Positions 1 through 9,357 of a stretch of 64,000 nucleotides of DNA are shown here, piece by piece. Each line of letters begins with the position of its first letter. Positions within the stretch are counted from its first letter, which is position 1. The translations under genes and the position numbers were made by a program. Source of the DNA: an uncultured delta proteobacterium. GTDB lineage: Bacteria > Desulfobacterota > Desulfobacteria > Desulfobacterales > B30-G6. The stretch covers positions 256,001-320,000 of the forward strand of contig CAWGLD010000004.1 in NCBI GenBank assembly GCA_963823335.1, written 5' to 3'. Under the pieces are notes generated by a model. That model was not told the origin of the DNA and searched no databases. It saw only the letters and a list, made by a program, of their open reading frames with translations.

Positions 1-2
1 GC

Positions 3-887
3 TCCATGCGCATTATCATGGTCACCCTGTTTTTTGCCTCTGTAGGCATGCAGGCCAAGCCCATGTGGTTTCTGACGCACCTGCCCTGGGTACTTCTTGT
101 TTCCATTCTCGTTCTGATGCTGAAAACCGGAATTATTTATGGTGTGACCCGTCTGTTCGGTCTCGACAACCGCCAGGCACTGGCAACGGGTATCACCCTG
201 AGTCAGGTGGGTGAGTTTTCCTTTGTACTGGCAGCCACTGCCGCCAGCGGCGGTTTGCTGACAACCGATACTGTGGACCTGCTGGTATCGGTTATCATTG
301 TGTTGATGCTGGTCACCCCTTACCTGATTGGCCATGCCGGCACTCTGACAGAGCGGCTTCTGGCACTGATTTCCCACCGTAAACCATTGACGGCAGATCT
401 TTCTTTATCCACACAGTCGGTTCCGCTCAATCAGGTGCTGGTGATTGGTGCTGGGCCTGCCGGGCGACAGGTTGTGCAGACACTCATTGCGCACCGGCTG
501 GAACCTGTACTTGTCGATGTAAATCCCGAGAGCCGTGATTATGCCCGTCAACAGGGTCTTCGGTTATATCTTGGAGATGCAGGTCACGAAGAAGTATTGG
601 TGCACGCCGGTCTGGCTGATGTGTGCATGGTGGTGGTGACGGTTCCCGACCCTCATACTGCAGCACAGATCGTGGCCATGATTCGGCGGCTGCGGCCCCA
701 GATCTCTATTGCTGCCCGTTGCCGGTACAACCGGCACATGGAAAATCTTCATAAAGCCGGCGCCGACATCGTTGTAGACGAAGAGATCACAATGGGTGAC
801 AAGTTGAGTCGGCAGATCGTAGAACATCTCAGTGATGAATCGGGCGTTCTGGTAGCTTGCCGTCTGAGCGGACATATGCCGGAATAA
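3..887 (+). CDS. Kef-type CPA2 cation:proton antiporter with C-terminal TrkA-N (RCK) domain; 5'-truncated by the window edge
   Basis: Hydrophobic helices with the LSQVGEFSFV motif, followed by a Rossmann GAGPAG motif and GDA..EVL..AG; the frame is open to the window start. Confidence 0.9.
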   Translation, partial: SMRIIMVTLFFASVGMQAKPMWFLTHLPWVLLVSILVLMLKTGIIYGVTRLFGLDNRQALATGITLSQVGEFSFVLAATAASGGLLTTDTVDLLVSVIIVLMLVTPYLIGHAGTLTERLLALISHRKPLTADLSLSTQSVPLNQVLVIGAGPAGRQVVQTLIAHRLEPVLVDVNPESRDYARQQGLRLYLGDAGHEEVLVHAGLADVCMVVVTVPDPHTAAQIVAMIRRLRPQISIAARCRYNRHMENLHKAGADIVVDEEITMGDKLSRQIVEHLSDESGVLVACRLSGHMPE

Positions 888-902
888 AATTGCCACAGCA
901 AT

Positions 903-927
903 TTTATCAAACGCGACGTTGTCGCTC
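903..927 (+). repeat. Repeat family B, copy 1 (TTTATCNNACGCGACGTTGTCGCT, hairpin GCGAC-GTT-GTCGC)
   Basis: Near-identical to 20989-21012 and 23927-23951; weaker copy at 53894-53917. Confidence 0.8.
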
Positions 928-1052
928 CTGGCAGAAGGCTATACCGACATATAGTTTGGGAGGCATTTTCGCTTGTTTGGTAACGGACAAGTAGTTCTAT
1001 TCCTAATTTGATTATGACCCGTTCTGCAGTGAAGGGGAAAGAAGCAAATTTC

Positions 1053-1760
1053 ATGGTTGAAAAGGACAGTATCTTTTTAACGGCAGAACAGGCTGTCGAG
1101 GCCGTGTGCCTTGATTTTCGGCAGTACGATCCGCAGGTTCCCCTTTTCAGCGAAATTATCAGCGTATTATCAAAAGGGAACATCATTACCAGGCGCGAAA
1201 GGGGTAAGAACGGCATCTGGATCCGCACAACAAGTGACCGGAAAATGCGCTGTCTGGAAGGACCTCAACTGATAGACATCATGTGTGACATTCTCTCTAA
1301 AAGCAGACCAGACTCCATTGTACTGGCTGCCGTATGCGCCCGGGTGTTCCAGACACGCGCATACCCGGACAAAGATCCCACAACAGGCAAGTCCGGTGTT
1401 CGTGTATTGACAGGCATGGAGGAATTTACCTGTCGTCAATGCGGCAAGTGCTGTCAAAAACTTGATTATCACAATGAGGTCACCGACGACGATGTTGCTG
1501 CCTGGGTGCAGACAGGCAGAAGCGAGATTCTGGACTGGGTGGGCGTTTTTCATAAAGACGGCCATGAGACAGTCTACCGGATCTGGGTGAAACCAGGCAC
1601 CAGAACCTATGCTGAAGCATGCCCTTTTTTACAGAAAAAATCCCATGAAAACGTATGGATATGCCGCATCCACGATGTTAAACCACGAATCTGTCATGAA
1701 TATCCAGTGAGCCGAAAGCACGCCATCATGACCGGGTGTCCGGGGTTTAAACCTCAATAG
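1053..1760 (+). CDS. YkgJ-family cysteine-cluster (putative Fe-S/Zn) protein
   Basis: CRQCGKCC ... CPFL ... CRIHDVKPRICHEYP signature; ATG 1053 follows a purine-rich RBS. Confidence 0.85.
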   Translation: MVEKDSIFLTAEQAVEAVCLDFRQYDPQVPLFSEIISVLSKGNIITRRERGKNGIWIRTTSDRKMRCLEGPQLIDIMCDILSKSRPDSIVLAAVCARVFQTRAYPDKDPTTGKSGVRVLTGMEEFTCRQCGKCCQKLDYHNEVTDDDVAAWVQTGRSEILDWVGVFHKDGHETVYRIWVKPGTRTYAEACPFLQKKSHENVWICRIHDVKPRICHEYPVSRKHAIMTGCPGFKPQ

Positions 1761-1965
1761 ATCACAATCACCATTTTCTTCCGACAATCTTTGTTTATTT
1801 TCGAAATTTCTACCTTGATGTTCTAAATATCGGCACTATGTTTTATGGAAATTTGAAGAACCGCACAGCTCCGATTAACCGGATTTCCTCTTTGTTCCGG
1901 CTATCCACGGGAATTTATAGACTGTTGTGGCTCAGTAACCATGTAAAACAATGAAAGGCGGTACT

Positions 1966-2262
1966 ATGAAAAAAATACATTGGGTCATGTTCATCATGAT
2001 ATTGTCGGCGCTTGCAATAGGCTGTACAAAAGACAAACGCTATCACACGTCGGCACTGCCTGAGCCGGCATCCTTTAATGCACATTTCGGGGATATGGAC
2101 ACGGATGGTGATGAACTGGTGAACTGGGAAGAATTCAAATCCTACTTTCCCCAGGCCACACCCGATATTTTTAAAACATTGGATGGGAATGAGGACGGTC
2201 AGATAGATCATGACGAGTGGCATGATTTTAAAGAGGCCCACGGGATGAGAGATCACAACTGA
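1966..2262 (+). CDS. EF-hand lipoprotein
   Basis: Lipobox LAIGC; EF-hand loops DTDGDELVNWEE and DGNEDGQIDHDE. Confidence 0.85.
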   Translation: MKKIHWVMFIMILSALAIGCTKDKRYHTSALPEPASFNAHFGDMDTDGDELVNWEEFKSYFPQATPDIFKTLDGNEDGQIDHDEWHDFKEAHGMRDHN

Positions 2263-2293
2263 TAGCCTATCTGCATTGCCATAGCTTTCAATC

Positions 2294-2329
2294 ACGCCGC
2301 TCTTCGCGAACAGCCGCGGTGAGCGGCGT
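2294..2329. terminator. GC-rich hairpin downstream of the EF-hand gene
   Basis: Perfect 9-bp stem ACGCCGCTC/GAGCGGCGT; no clear U-tract. Confidence 0.45.
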
Positions 2330-2331
2330 AT

Positions 2332-2358
2332 TGAACCGCATCATCGAGCTCAGTTCCC
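2332..2358 (-). repeat. Repeat family A, degenerate right-end fragment
   Basis: Minus strand reads GGGAACTGAGCTCGATGATGCGGTTCA versus consensus GGGAATGCGCTCGCTGTTGCGGTTCA. Confidence 0.55.
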
Positions 2359-2677
2359 TTTCTTCGATCTCCTGCATGAAACATAACGGCAGCGCTACAG
2401 AAACTGGTTCAATTTTCCTATTATCGACAGTATTTGTTTGATGAGTAATTGTAGCGTGTTCGTGCGGATTCATTGGAAAAATCATGTTCAATCCGTTTGA
2501 ACAAAGATCTCAGGGTGACAAGTATTGGTATTCGTCCAGCGGAATTTTATCATACCCCGACCTTGATCGAACCCAAATAGTTCTTAGTATTGATCTATGG
2601 TAAATTTCTGTCACAATGTAGCAATTGAATACATCGACGACGTCACTGCGTGATCAATACAGAAAAGGAGACGACAC

Positions 2678-3967
2678 ATGAACGAAGCATATAAATTTGA
2701 AACCCTGTGCCTGCATTCCGGTCTGGGACCCGACCCGGCCACCAATGCCCGGGCAATTCCCATACATAGAACCTCCTCTTATGTGTTCAACAGTACCGAA
2801 CACGCCGCCAACCTGTTTTCCCTCAAAGAACTCGGCAACATCTACACCCGTATCATGAATCCGACTCAAGACCAGTTGGAAAAAACCGTCTCAGCCCTTG
2901 AAGGCGGCGCCGCTGCATTGGCTTTGTCTTCGGGAACGTCCGCCATATACTACGCCATCATCAATATCTGTTCATCAGGAGATGAGATTGTTTCGGCCAA
3001 CAATCTGTATGGCGGCACCTACACCATGTTTGACAGTATTTTGCCCCAATTCGGTATCCATACCCGATTCGTGGACCCACGCGACCCGCAGAATTTTGAA
3101 CCGGCCATCAACGAGCACACACGGGCGATATTCATTGAAACCATCGGTAACCCCGTCCTCGATTTCATTGATATCGAAGCCGTAGCGACGATTGCCGGAC
3201 GCCACAATCTGCCGCTGATTGTCGATGCCACCTTTACAACACCCTACTTGTTCAGGAGTATTGAACACGGGGCCGACATTGTCGTCAATTCACTGACAAA
3301 ATGGATGGGCGGTCATGGTACAGGAATCGGCGGCATCGTCGTGGACGCAGGAAAATTCAACTGGCAGGACCCCAAGTTTAACCTCTACAATGAACCCGAC
3401 ACCAGTTATCACGACATTCGATTCGCCCATGACCTCGGAGACCTCAACCCCCTGGCATTTATCATGCGTATGCGGCTGGTGCCCTTACGCAATCTGGGCG
3501 CCTGTATTTCCCCGGATAATGCATGGTTGTTTCTGCAGGGATTGGAAACCCTGCCCCTGCGTATGGAACGGCATTCAGAGAATGCCATGCAGGTTGCCTC
3601 GTATTTAAAGAAACACCCCAGTGTGACCTGGGTTCGTTATCCAGGACTGAAAGATGATCCCACCCATGCTACGGCGGGAAAATATCTCAAAAAGGGGTTC
3701 GGCGGTATGGTCGTTTTCGGTATCAAAGGTGGATTCGATGCCGGGCATACCTTCGTGGACAACCTGAAGCTGTTTTCGCATCTTGCCAATGTTGGGGACG
3801 CCAAGAGTCTCGTGGTGCACCCTTCCAGCACGACCCATTCGCAATTGTCTCAGGAGAGTCAAAAGGCCAGTGGTCTGACACCGGATCTCATTCGTCTCTC
3901 CATCGGCATTGAACATATCGACGATATCATTGCAGATCTTGAACAGGCTTTTGAAAAAATATCATGA
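2678..3967 (+). CDS. metY: O-acetylhomoserine sulfhydrylase (PLP, Cys/Met metabolism family)
   Basis: YTRIMNPT and the PLP-lysine motif SLTKWMGGHG; RBS AAAGGAG; first gene of an operon with metX and metW. Confidence 0.93.
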   Translation: MNEAYKFETLCLHSGLGPDPATNARAIPIHRTSSYVFNSTEHAANLFSLKELGNIYTRIMNPTQDQLEKTVSALEGGAAALALSSGTSAIYYAIINICSSGDEIVSANNLYGGTYTMFDSILPQFGIHTRFVDPRDPQNFEPAINEHTRAIFIETIGNPVLDFIDIEAVATIAGRHNLPLIVDATFTTPYLFRSIEHGADIVVNSLTKWMGGHGTGIGGIVVDAGKFNWQDPKFNLYNEPDTSYHDIRFAHDLGDLNPLAFIMRMRLVPLRNLGACISPDNAWLFLQGLETLPLRMERHSENAMQVASYLKKHPSVTWVRYPGLKDDPTHATAGKYLKKGFGGMVVFGIKGGFDAGHTFVDNLKLFSHLANVGDAKSLVVHPSSTTHSQLSQESQKASGLTPDLIRLSIGIEHIDDIIADLEQAFEKIS

Positions 3968-5133
3968 GCGAATATATCGAAAATGACAGGCAGGGTCTCT
4001 CTGCCGGCATCGTCGAAAAGAAATTTCACATCACGGCGGAGCCTCCCCACGAGATGTTGCTGGAATGCGGTGCCAGGCTGGGCCCCATAACGATTGCCTA
4101 CGAAACCTGCGGCAAATTGAATTCCCATAAGAGCAATGCCGTGCTGATACTGCATGCCCTGTCCGGCGATTCTCATGTGGCAGGCTACTACACGGATAAA
4201 GATGAAAAACCCGGATGGTGGGACAGCATGGTGGGGCCGGGAAAAGGCATAGACACCGACAAGTACTTTGTGATCTGTTCCAATATTATCGGAAGTTGTA
4301 TGGGTTCCAGCGGCCCGAACACGACGAACCCCAAGACGGCCAATCCTTATGGACTGGAATTTCCTGTGGTGACTATCGGGGATATGGTCAGAGCCCAGAA
4401 ATCTCTCATGGATACCCTGGGAATAAAAAAACTCCTGGCCGTGGTAGGCGGCTCTGTAGGCGGCATGCAAGTACTGGAATGGTGTGTTCGGTACCCGGAA
4501 ATGGTGGCCTCGGCCATCCCCCTGGCCACCACCACCAAGCATTCTGCGCTTGCCATCGCCTTCAACGAGATCGCCAGACAGGCGATTATGACCGATCCGA
4601 ATTGGAACGACGGCGACTATTATTCCGGCTCCCGACCCGAAACCGGGCTGGCAGTGGCCCGCATGATCGGCCACGTCACCTACCTGTCGGACCAGTCCAT
4701 GCGGTTGAAGTTTGGCCGCCGACTGCAGAATAAAAATGACTTTTCATTCAATTTTGATCCTGAATTCCAGGTCGAGAGTTATCTTCGTCATCAGGGAAAG
4801 CGCTTTGTGGAACGCTTTGATGCCAATGCCTTTTTGTATATTACCAAAGCGGCCGACTATTTTGATCTGGCAGAGCAGCACGGCAATGGCTCCATGGTGG
4901 AAGCATTCTCAAAAACAAATGCCCGTTTCCTGGTTGTTTCTTTTACCTCCGACTGGCTCTATCCAACCTATCAATCCCGTGAGATGGTTAAAGCCATAAA
5001 GAAAACCGGTCAGGATGTCAGTTTTTGTGAAATAGAGGCCAAATGGGGGCATGATGCCTTTTTGATACCCAATCCGCGTTTATCGAACATTTTAGGAGGA
5101 TTCTTGCATCGTGTCTACAATGAAACCACCTGA
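3964..5133 (+). CDS. metX: Homoserine O-acetyltransferase
   Basis: HALSG, GGSVGG nucleophile elbow, SDWLYP and GHDAFL; ATGA overlap with metY. Confidence 0.95.
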   Translation: MSEYIENDRQGLSAGIVEKKFHITAEPPHEMLLECGARLGPITIAYETCGKLNSHKSNAVLILHALSGDSHVAGYYTDKDEKPGWWDSMVGPGKGIDTDKYFVICSNIIGSCMGSSGPNTTNPKTANPYGLEFPVVTIGDMVRAQKSLMDTLGIKKLLAVVGGSVGGMQVLEWCVRYPEMVASAIPLATTTKHSALAIAFNEIARQAIMTDPNWNDGDYYSGSRPETGLAVARMIGHVTYLSDQSMRLKFGRRLQNKNDFSFNFDPEFQVESYLRHQGKRFVERFDANAFLYITKAADYFDLAEQHGNGSMVEAFSKTNARFLVVSFTSDWLYPTYQSREMVKAIKKTGQDVSFCEIEAKWGHDAFLIPNPRLSNILGGFLHRVYNETT

Positions 5134-5737
5134 TAATCCCTTGCGGTTTGACCTTCATTTGATCGCCTCCTGGATAAAGGAGGGCGCCCGGGTTCTGGAC
5201 CTGGGCTGCGGTGAAGGAAGCCTTCTGGAACACCTGGCCCGGCACAAAAAGGTGATCGGTTCCGGAATAGAGAGAAACGAAAGCAGGGTCGCCACATGTA
5301 TCCAAAAAGGATTGACCGTGCTGCAGGGCGATATCAACGAGGAAGTCGAGGACTATCCCGACAACAGCTTTGATTACGTCATTTTGAGTCAGACCCTGCA
5401 GCAGGTGTATGCACCGGATGACTTGATTCGATCCATGCTGCGTATCGGTAAAAGGGGAATAGTAAGTTTTCCTAATTTCAGCCACTGGCGGGTGAGACTT
5501 CAACTTCTGACAACCGGCCATGCACCAGTAACCCGGCAACTCCCCTACCAGTGGTATGACACCCCCAACATAAGGGTGATCACGCTAAGTGATTTCAGAC
5601 GGTTTGCACGCGAAGTTGGTTATCGCATTCTCAAAGAAGTCGCCATTGAAACTCAGACACCCGACAGACAGGGAAACATTGTCCGGGCATTCCCGGACAT
5701 CAGGGCCACCTATGGTATCTTCCTGATAAGCAGTTGA
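5111..5737 (+). CDS. metW: Methionine biosynthesis protein MetW
   Basis: VLDLGCGEG, ILSQTLQ, VSFPNF and WYDTPNI motifs; follows metX. Confidence 0.93.
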   Translation: MSTMKPPDNPLRFDLHLIASWIKEGARVLDLGCGEGSLLEHLARHKKVIGSGIERNESRVATCIQKGLTVLQGDINEEVEDYPDNSFDYVILSQTLQQVYAPDDLIRSMLRIGKRGIVSFPNFSHWRVRLQLLTTGHAPVTRQLPYQWYDTPNIRVITLSDFRRFAREVGYRILKEVAIETQTPDRQGNIVRAFPDIRATYGIFLISS

Positions 5738-5800
5738 ACCCGCTGTTGCCTTGATAATCCGGCCCTCACAACATCCCATGGGCATAAAATGAGTACGATG

Positions 5801-7234
5801 TTATCCGTCCATGAACGATTCAAGCGTGGCCATCCCGATGTTGCAGGCTGATATCGGATTCCACTGGCACTGGGCACTTATTTCGACACCTTCCTGAATA
5901 ACAGAAATGGGGCGGTCCGATGATACAACCACCACGAGAATATTTTGATTTTCATAGGTGAAGCGCAGAGCGGAATTATACCGGGCTCCCCTTGCCCGGT
6001 CTTCCCCGGGAATGGATCGTCCATCCAGCAGACATGCAAAGGCATGCAGCATCAAATCCTGTCCGATGTGCAGTGCCCCATCCACCTTGGCCAGCGATCG
6101 GGCCAGTTCAAGATGGTGGTCTTCCCTGAGATCCAGGGCAGGCAACAGTTTTTGACCGGATATTTTTTTGATTTTTTTGTTTAAATCGATGATCAGGGTG
6201 CAGCCGAATTTTCTACTCTCCGCATGATGTACAATGCTGCAAATGATTTTATAAAGTCGATTGCCAATCTCAGAATCGAGAGACGTTTCCAACAAGGCTT
6301 CTTCCACCTGTACCAGCTTTGCCTGGTGGGTGGTTGATTTGTATACGCCGTCAGAAAAACTGCAGACCGCTTCACCATTTAGCCGGATAAAACCATGACG
6401 CCCCCTAAAATCTGCAACGATACAGAAATCCTTGATGATTTCGTTGGATATACCGATAATAGTCGATCCTTGGGAAACGAGATTTCTTTCTGACTGTTCC
6501 ACCGCCTGAAGCAGCTTGCGGACATGTTTGAAATGTTCGATATTCGGCTGCTCCATTTCAGGAAAACGGGCAACAAAATGCATACGGGAAAGAGCGGATG
6601 GATCGATAAAAATGAGCTGCCCCCGGGGCCAGGCACCTTCCTCTCTTGTGTTGAAGATGCCCAGGATTGCGTCGAGTATGGGATAGACACGCAGTTGGGT
6701 GTCCCAGCCCAGCTTCAGATTCATTTCATCGACAATAAAGTCCCGAACGGCGTGTGTGGCATATTCCCGTAAAAACGTCCCGGAAATACCGGTATAAAGA
6801 CTCTTCTCGTTGGCGATGTCGTGGGAAAATCGCCAGGCAGCATGTTCCAGCCATCTTTCAGAGGGACCTACCGCGCACATGTCTGGATGATGTTCGCTGA
6901 ACCACATCTGATAAAACACCGAACTCGAGCGGCCACCATAGGAAATGATGCCGGCTAGCTGCAAATTTTTTTCAGGCAGTATGTGGAAGGATCTGTTTTT
7001 CAAAAAGGGCCTGAGTGGTCGATTTCGCCAATCCTGCGTGTCAATAAAAAGCTCTTTGAGTCTGGGTTCGTGGCCCTTCAGAAGGTTTTGCGGGTCATAT
7101 ATACAAACAGGGGAATCAGGCTCGATAACGTATATGACGGCTACCCGGCTGGGACCGGAAAAATGAGACAACCCGTCCCGCAAGCCATCGACTGTGTCGG
7201 CAATGCAATTGCAGATAAACATTTCGTCCAGCAT
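5801..7234 (-). CDS. DisA_N/DAC (diadenylate-cyclase-like) domain protein with a long N-terminal region
   Basis: C-terminal KVDGAL, GARYNSA (variant of RHR) and VVSSD motifs; RBS GGAG. Confidence 0.8.
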   Translation of the reverse strand: MLDEMFICNCIADTVDGLRDGLSHFSGPSRVAVIYVIEPDSPVCIYDPQNLLKGHEPRLKELFIDTQDWRNRPLRPFLKNRSFHILPEKNLQLAGIISYGGRSSSVFYQMWFSEHHPDMCAVGPSERWLEHAAWRFSHDIANEKSLYTGISGTFLREYATHAVRDFIVDEMNLKLGWDTQLRVYPILDAILGIFNTREEGAWPRGQLIFIDPSALSRMHFVARFPEMEQPNIEHFKHVRKLLQAVEQSERNLVSQGSTIIGISNEIIKDFCIVADFRGRHGFIRLNGEAVCSFSDGVYKSTTHQAKLVQVEEALLETSLDSEIGNRLYKIICSIVHHAESRKFGCTLIIDLNKKIKKISGQKLLPALDLREDHHLELARSLAKVDGALHIGQDLMLHAFACLLDGRSIPGEDRARGARYNSALRFTYENQNILVVVVSSDRPISVIQEGVEISAQCQWNPISACNIGMATLESFMDG

Positions 7235-7290
7235 TCAATACTCCAATCTAATAGCTTTGGGGACGATGGTGATATATTGACTTTTGTTAC

Positions 7291-8334
7291 CTAAAGATGC
7301 CCTTCAGTATCCTTACAATCATTCATCTTTAAAAGATCCCTCCAAATCAAATCACTTCGATTATCACTGCGCCCCCTCGTCCGTGCTTTACTTACTGCAG
7401 ACGGTGAAATACCGATCCGCTCAGCGACTTGTCTACCATTTTTGCCCAATTTATCAACCGCCAGCCAGCATATAATGGCTCTTGCCCGGCTCAGTTTACG
7501 CTGTTTTCCATTACCCTTGATAAATTCCATCGGGATATCAAAATGTTCACCGACTTTTCTAATTACAAGCTCCAGTGTCAATCCCTTTGCTTTTGCAAGT
7601 GTTTGATAGGCATAGTTCTCGTCAACTATTGCTAAAACGGATTCAACAAAATCACTGCTCCCAAGAATTCGTTCGTCACCCATCAAACGTTGGGTTTTGG
7701 ATCGAAGAGATTTTAGGGCAGCCCATCCCCCAAGCGAACGAACCAAGCCACCCCCTGTCAATTCAGGTCTTCGGCCCGATTCAACACCTTTAGCCACAAA
7801 CACGGCGTATGATCTTCGCGCAAAATAAGCTTCAGAGGCAAACATTGATAGAACCGAATTCACATCTTGCCATGTATTTTTCAACTTGCCCATAACGACA
7901 CCATGGCCGCAGTATGGATGCGATTTCAATCCTTCAAGATCCTTTACGATTCCTCCACGCAATGGATTGAGATGGATATAACGAACCAGCTCAAGAAAAT
8001 ACAGATCATATTCGCACAAAATCGATTTAAACCTATTTTGAAAAAGGGGACCATGCCGATGATGACGTCTATTGAACTGCTGCGCATAACCGGTTAACAG
8101 CCGTCGCATGACGGTGGACAGTGGGACATCACCGGTCCTGGTCAGCATATGAAAATGATTGGGCATTAGCGCCCAGGCAAAACAAGGGGTATGCGTGTCG
8201 GTCAGAACAGTTTCCAACCGAACTAACATATTGGAATAATCGTTGAACTCTCTAAAAATGGCTTTACGTTCGATACCGCGAACGACGATATGATGCAGCG
8301 CTCCGGGGGCATCTATGCGAGCTTTACGAGGCAT
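7291..8334 (-). CDS. REP-associated-type tyrosine (Y1/HUH) transposase with a C-terminal DnaA-domain-IV-like HTH
   Basis: MPRKARI..G..HHIVVRG, HUH motif MPNHFH, catalytic Tyr in RYIHLNP; C-terminal RKLSRARAIICWLA..GRQVAERIGISPSAVS. Confidence 0.88.
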   Translation of the reverse strand: MPRKARIDAPGALHHIVVRGIERKAIFREFNDYSNMLVRLETVLTDTHTPCFAWALMPNHFHMLTRTGDVPLSTVMRRLLTGYAQQFNRRHHRHGPLFQNRFKSILCEYDLYFLELVRYIHLNPLRGGIVKDLEGLKSHPYCGHGVVMGKLKNTWQDVNSVLSMFASEAYFARRSYAVFVAKGVESGRRPELTGGGLVRSLGGWAALKSLRSKTQRLMGDERILGSSDFVESVLAIVDENYAYQTLAKAKGLTLELVIRKVGEHFDIPMEFIKGNGKQRKLSRARAIICWLAVDKLGKNGRQVAERIGISPSAVSKARTRGRSDNRSDLIWRDLLKMNDCKDTEGHL

Positions 8335-8340
8335 AGGCTA

Positions 8341-8369
8341 TATATAGTATACTTCCCTATAAATGTCAA
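8341..8369 (-). promoter_or_regulatory. sigma70 promoter of the transposase, with its -35 inside the right inverted repeat; predicted leaderless transcript
   Basis: TTGACA-17 bp-TATATA, then 6 nt to the A of ATG 8334; no Shine-Dalgarno sequence. Confidence 0.7.
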
Positions 8370-8395
8370 TATTTCACCATCGTCCCCAAAGTTTT

Positions 8396-8677
8396 TTATT
8401 TGGTGGCCAGGCGATCAAATATGTCAACTTTCACTGCCGGGCATGTATGGAATGATATGCCGGTCAACTGGCTCAATGTTATAGAAGCTTTCATTGCCGT
8501 CTCGACATCCGGGAGTTTGACACAGAAAAGAAGATCATATTTCCCCAGCAATGCATAAACGCCATTGGTTTCTCCACCAAGTTCTTGGATTGTGTCGATG
8601 GCCTGTTCTGTTCTTTTGATGCTGATATTCTTGATGGCATCGGATGAATATTTGCCAAACATAAAAAATGTCGCCAT
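8396..8677 (-). CDS. GYD-domain protein
   Basis: 93 aa; LGGE..GVYALLGKYD motif. Confidence 0.85.
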   Translation of the reverse strand: MATFFMFGKYSSDAIKNISIKRTEQAIDTIQELGGETNGVYALLGKYDLLFCVKLPDVETAMKASITLSQLTGISFHTCPAVKVDIFDRLATK

Positions 8678-8853
8678 GTGCTTTCTCCTTTCTTTTGCCC
8701 GTGGGCCGGAATATCAATAAGCCGGGTTACAATTCTGAAGGGAACAACAAGACCGCACTCAAGACAGTTACGATCATCATGAAGCAAAACGCATTACGAT
8801 AGGAAACCTACCAAGTTTTCAAGAACAGGATACATAAGGGGTCGATCCTTCCG

Positions 8854-9357
8854 TTACCAACCGAACATCAGATCCTCACCCATATTTCTGGCAACATGAT
8901 CTTGAAACTGATGGAAACGAAACCCCACCACTTTGATCATATAGGACATAAAGAGAAACCCCATGTAGGAATCCTGACTGAACAGCTGCAAAAGATCCGA
9001 TTTGAGTACCCGTACGATCTTACAGGTGTTTGTGACACAGTAAGCAGAGAGTCTCATTTTATACGGTGGCACAAAGCATGACCACCCCAGGATCTTGGCT
9101 TCCGGTGCCTTTTCCTCGACGATAACGCCGTCGACAGTCATATCCGAAGATGTCGGACGCCTATCCGGCAATTCAAAACGAAGATCCACACTGCCCTCTC
9201 TGACGATCCAGAGATGCAACGCGTCATCGTTCTGGGTAAATAGCGTATCTCCTTTTTGGAACACGATTTCTTCACAATTGGCCTGGAGCTTCCTCAAATG
9301 TTCCTCATTCATGTCTTGGAAAGGCTTCAGTTGCTGCAACACTTGAATTTCTATCAT
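8854..9357 (-). CDS. Stand-alone cyclic-nucleotide-binding domain protein
   Basis: FQKGDTLFTQ..A.HLWIVREGSV..LGWSCFVPPY; no HTH. Confidence 0.85.
   Translation of the reverse strand: MIEIQVLQQLKPFQDMNEEHLRKLQANCEEIVFQKGDTLFTQNDDALHLWIVREGSVDLRFELPDRRPTSSDMTVDGVIVEEKAPEAKILGWSCFVPPYKMRLSAYCVTNTCKIVRVLKSDLLQLFSQDSYMGFLFMSYMIKVVGFRFHQFQDHVARNMGEDLMFGW

Larger units (their letters stand above)
7255..8391. mobile_element. HUH/Y1 (RAYT-like) transposase cassette bounded by 31-bp inverted repeats
   Basis: 7255-7285 CTTTGGGGACGATGGTGATATATTGACTTTT versus the reverse complement of 8361-8391, CTTTGGGGACGATGGTGAAATATTGACATTT (29/31); encloses only the transposase gene. Confidence 0.8.

Noticed and set aside
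2263-2677. SAM riboswitch or T-box upstream of metY-metX-metW
   Set aside because: No SAM-I core (AUC.AGAG..GAGGGA..GCCC..GCAACC) or T-box motif is recognisable. The hairpins present are explained by a terminator-like stem and a family A fragment.
7245-8400. Target-site duplication around the transposase cassette
   Set aside because: The outer flanks (..CTAATAG and TTTTTTA..) share no direct repeat.
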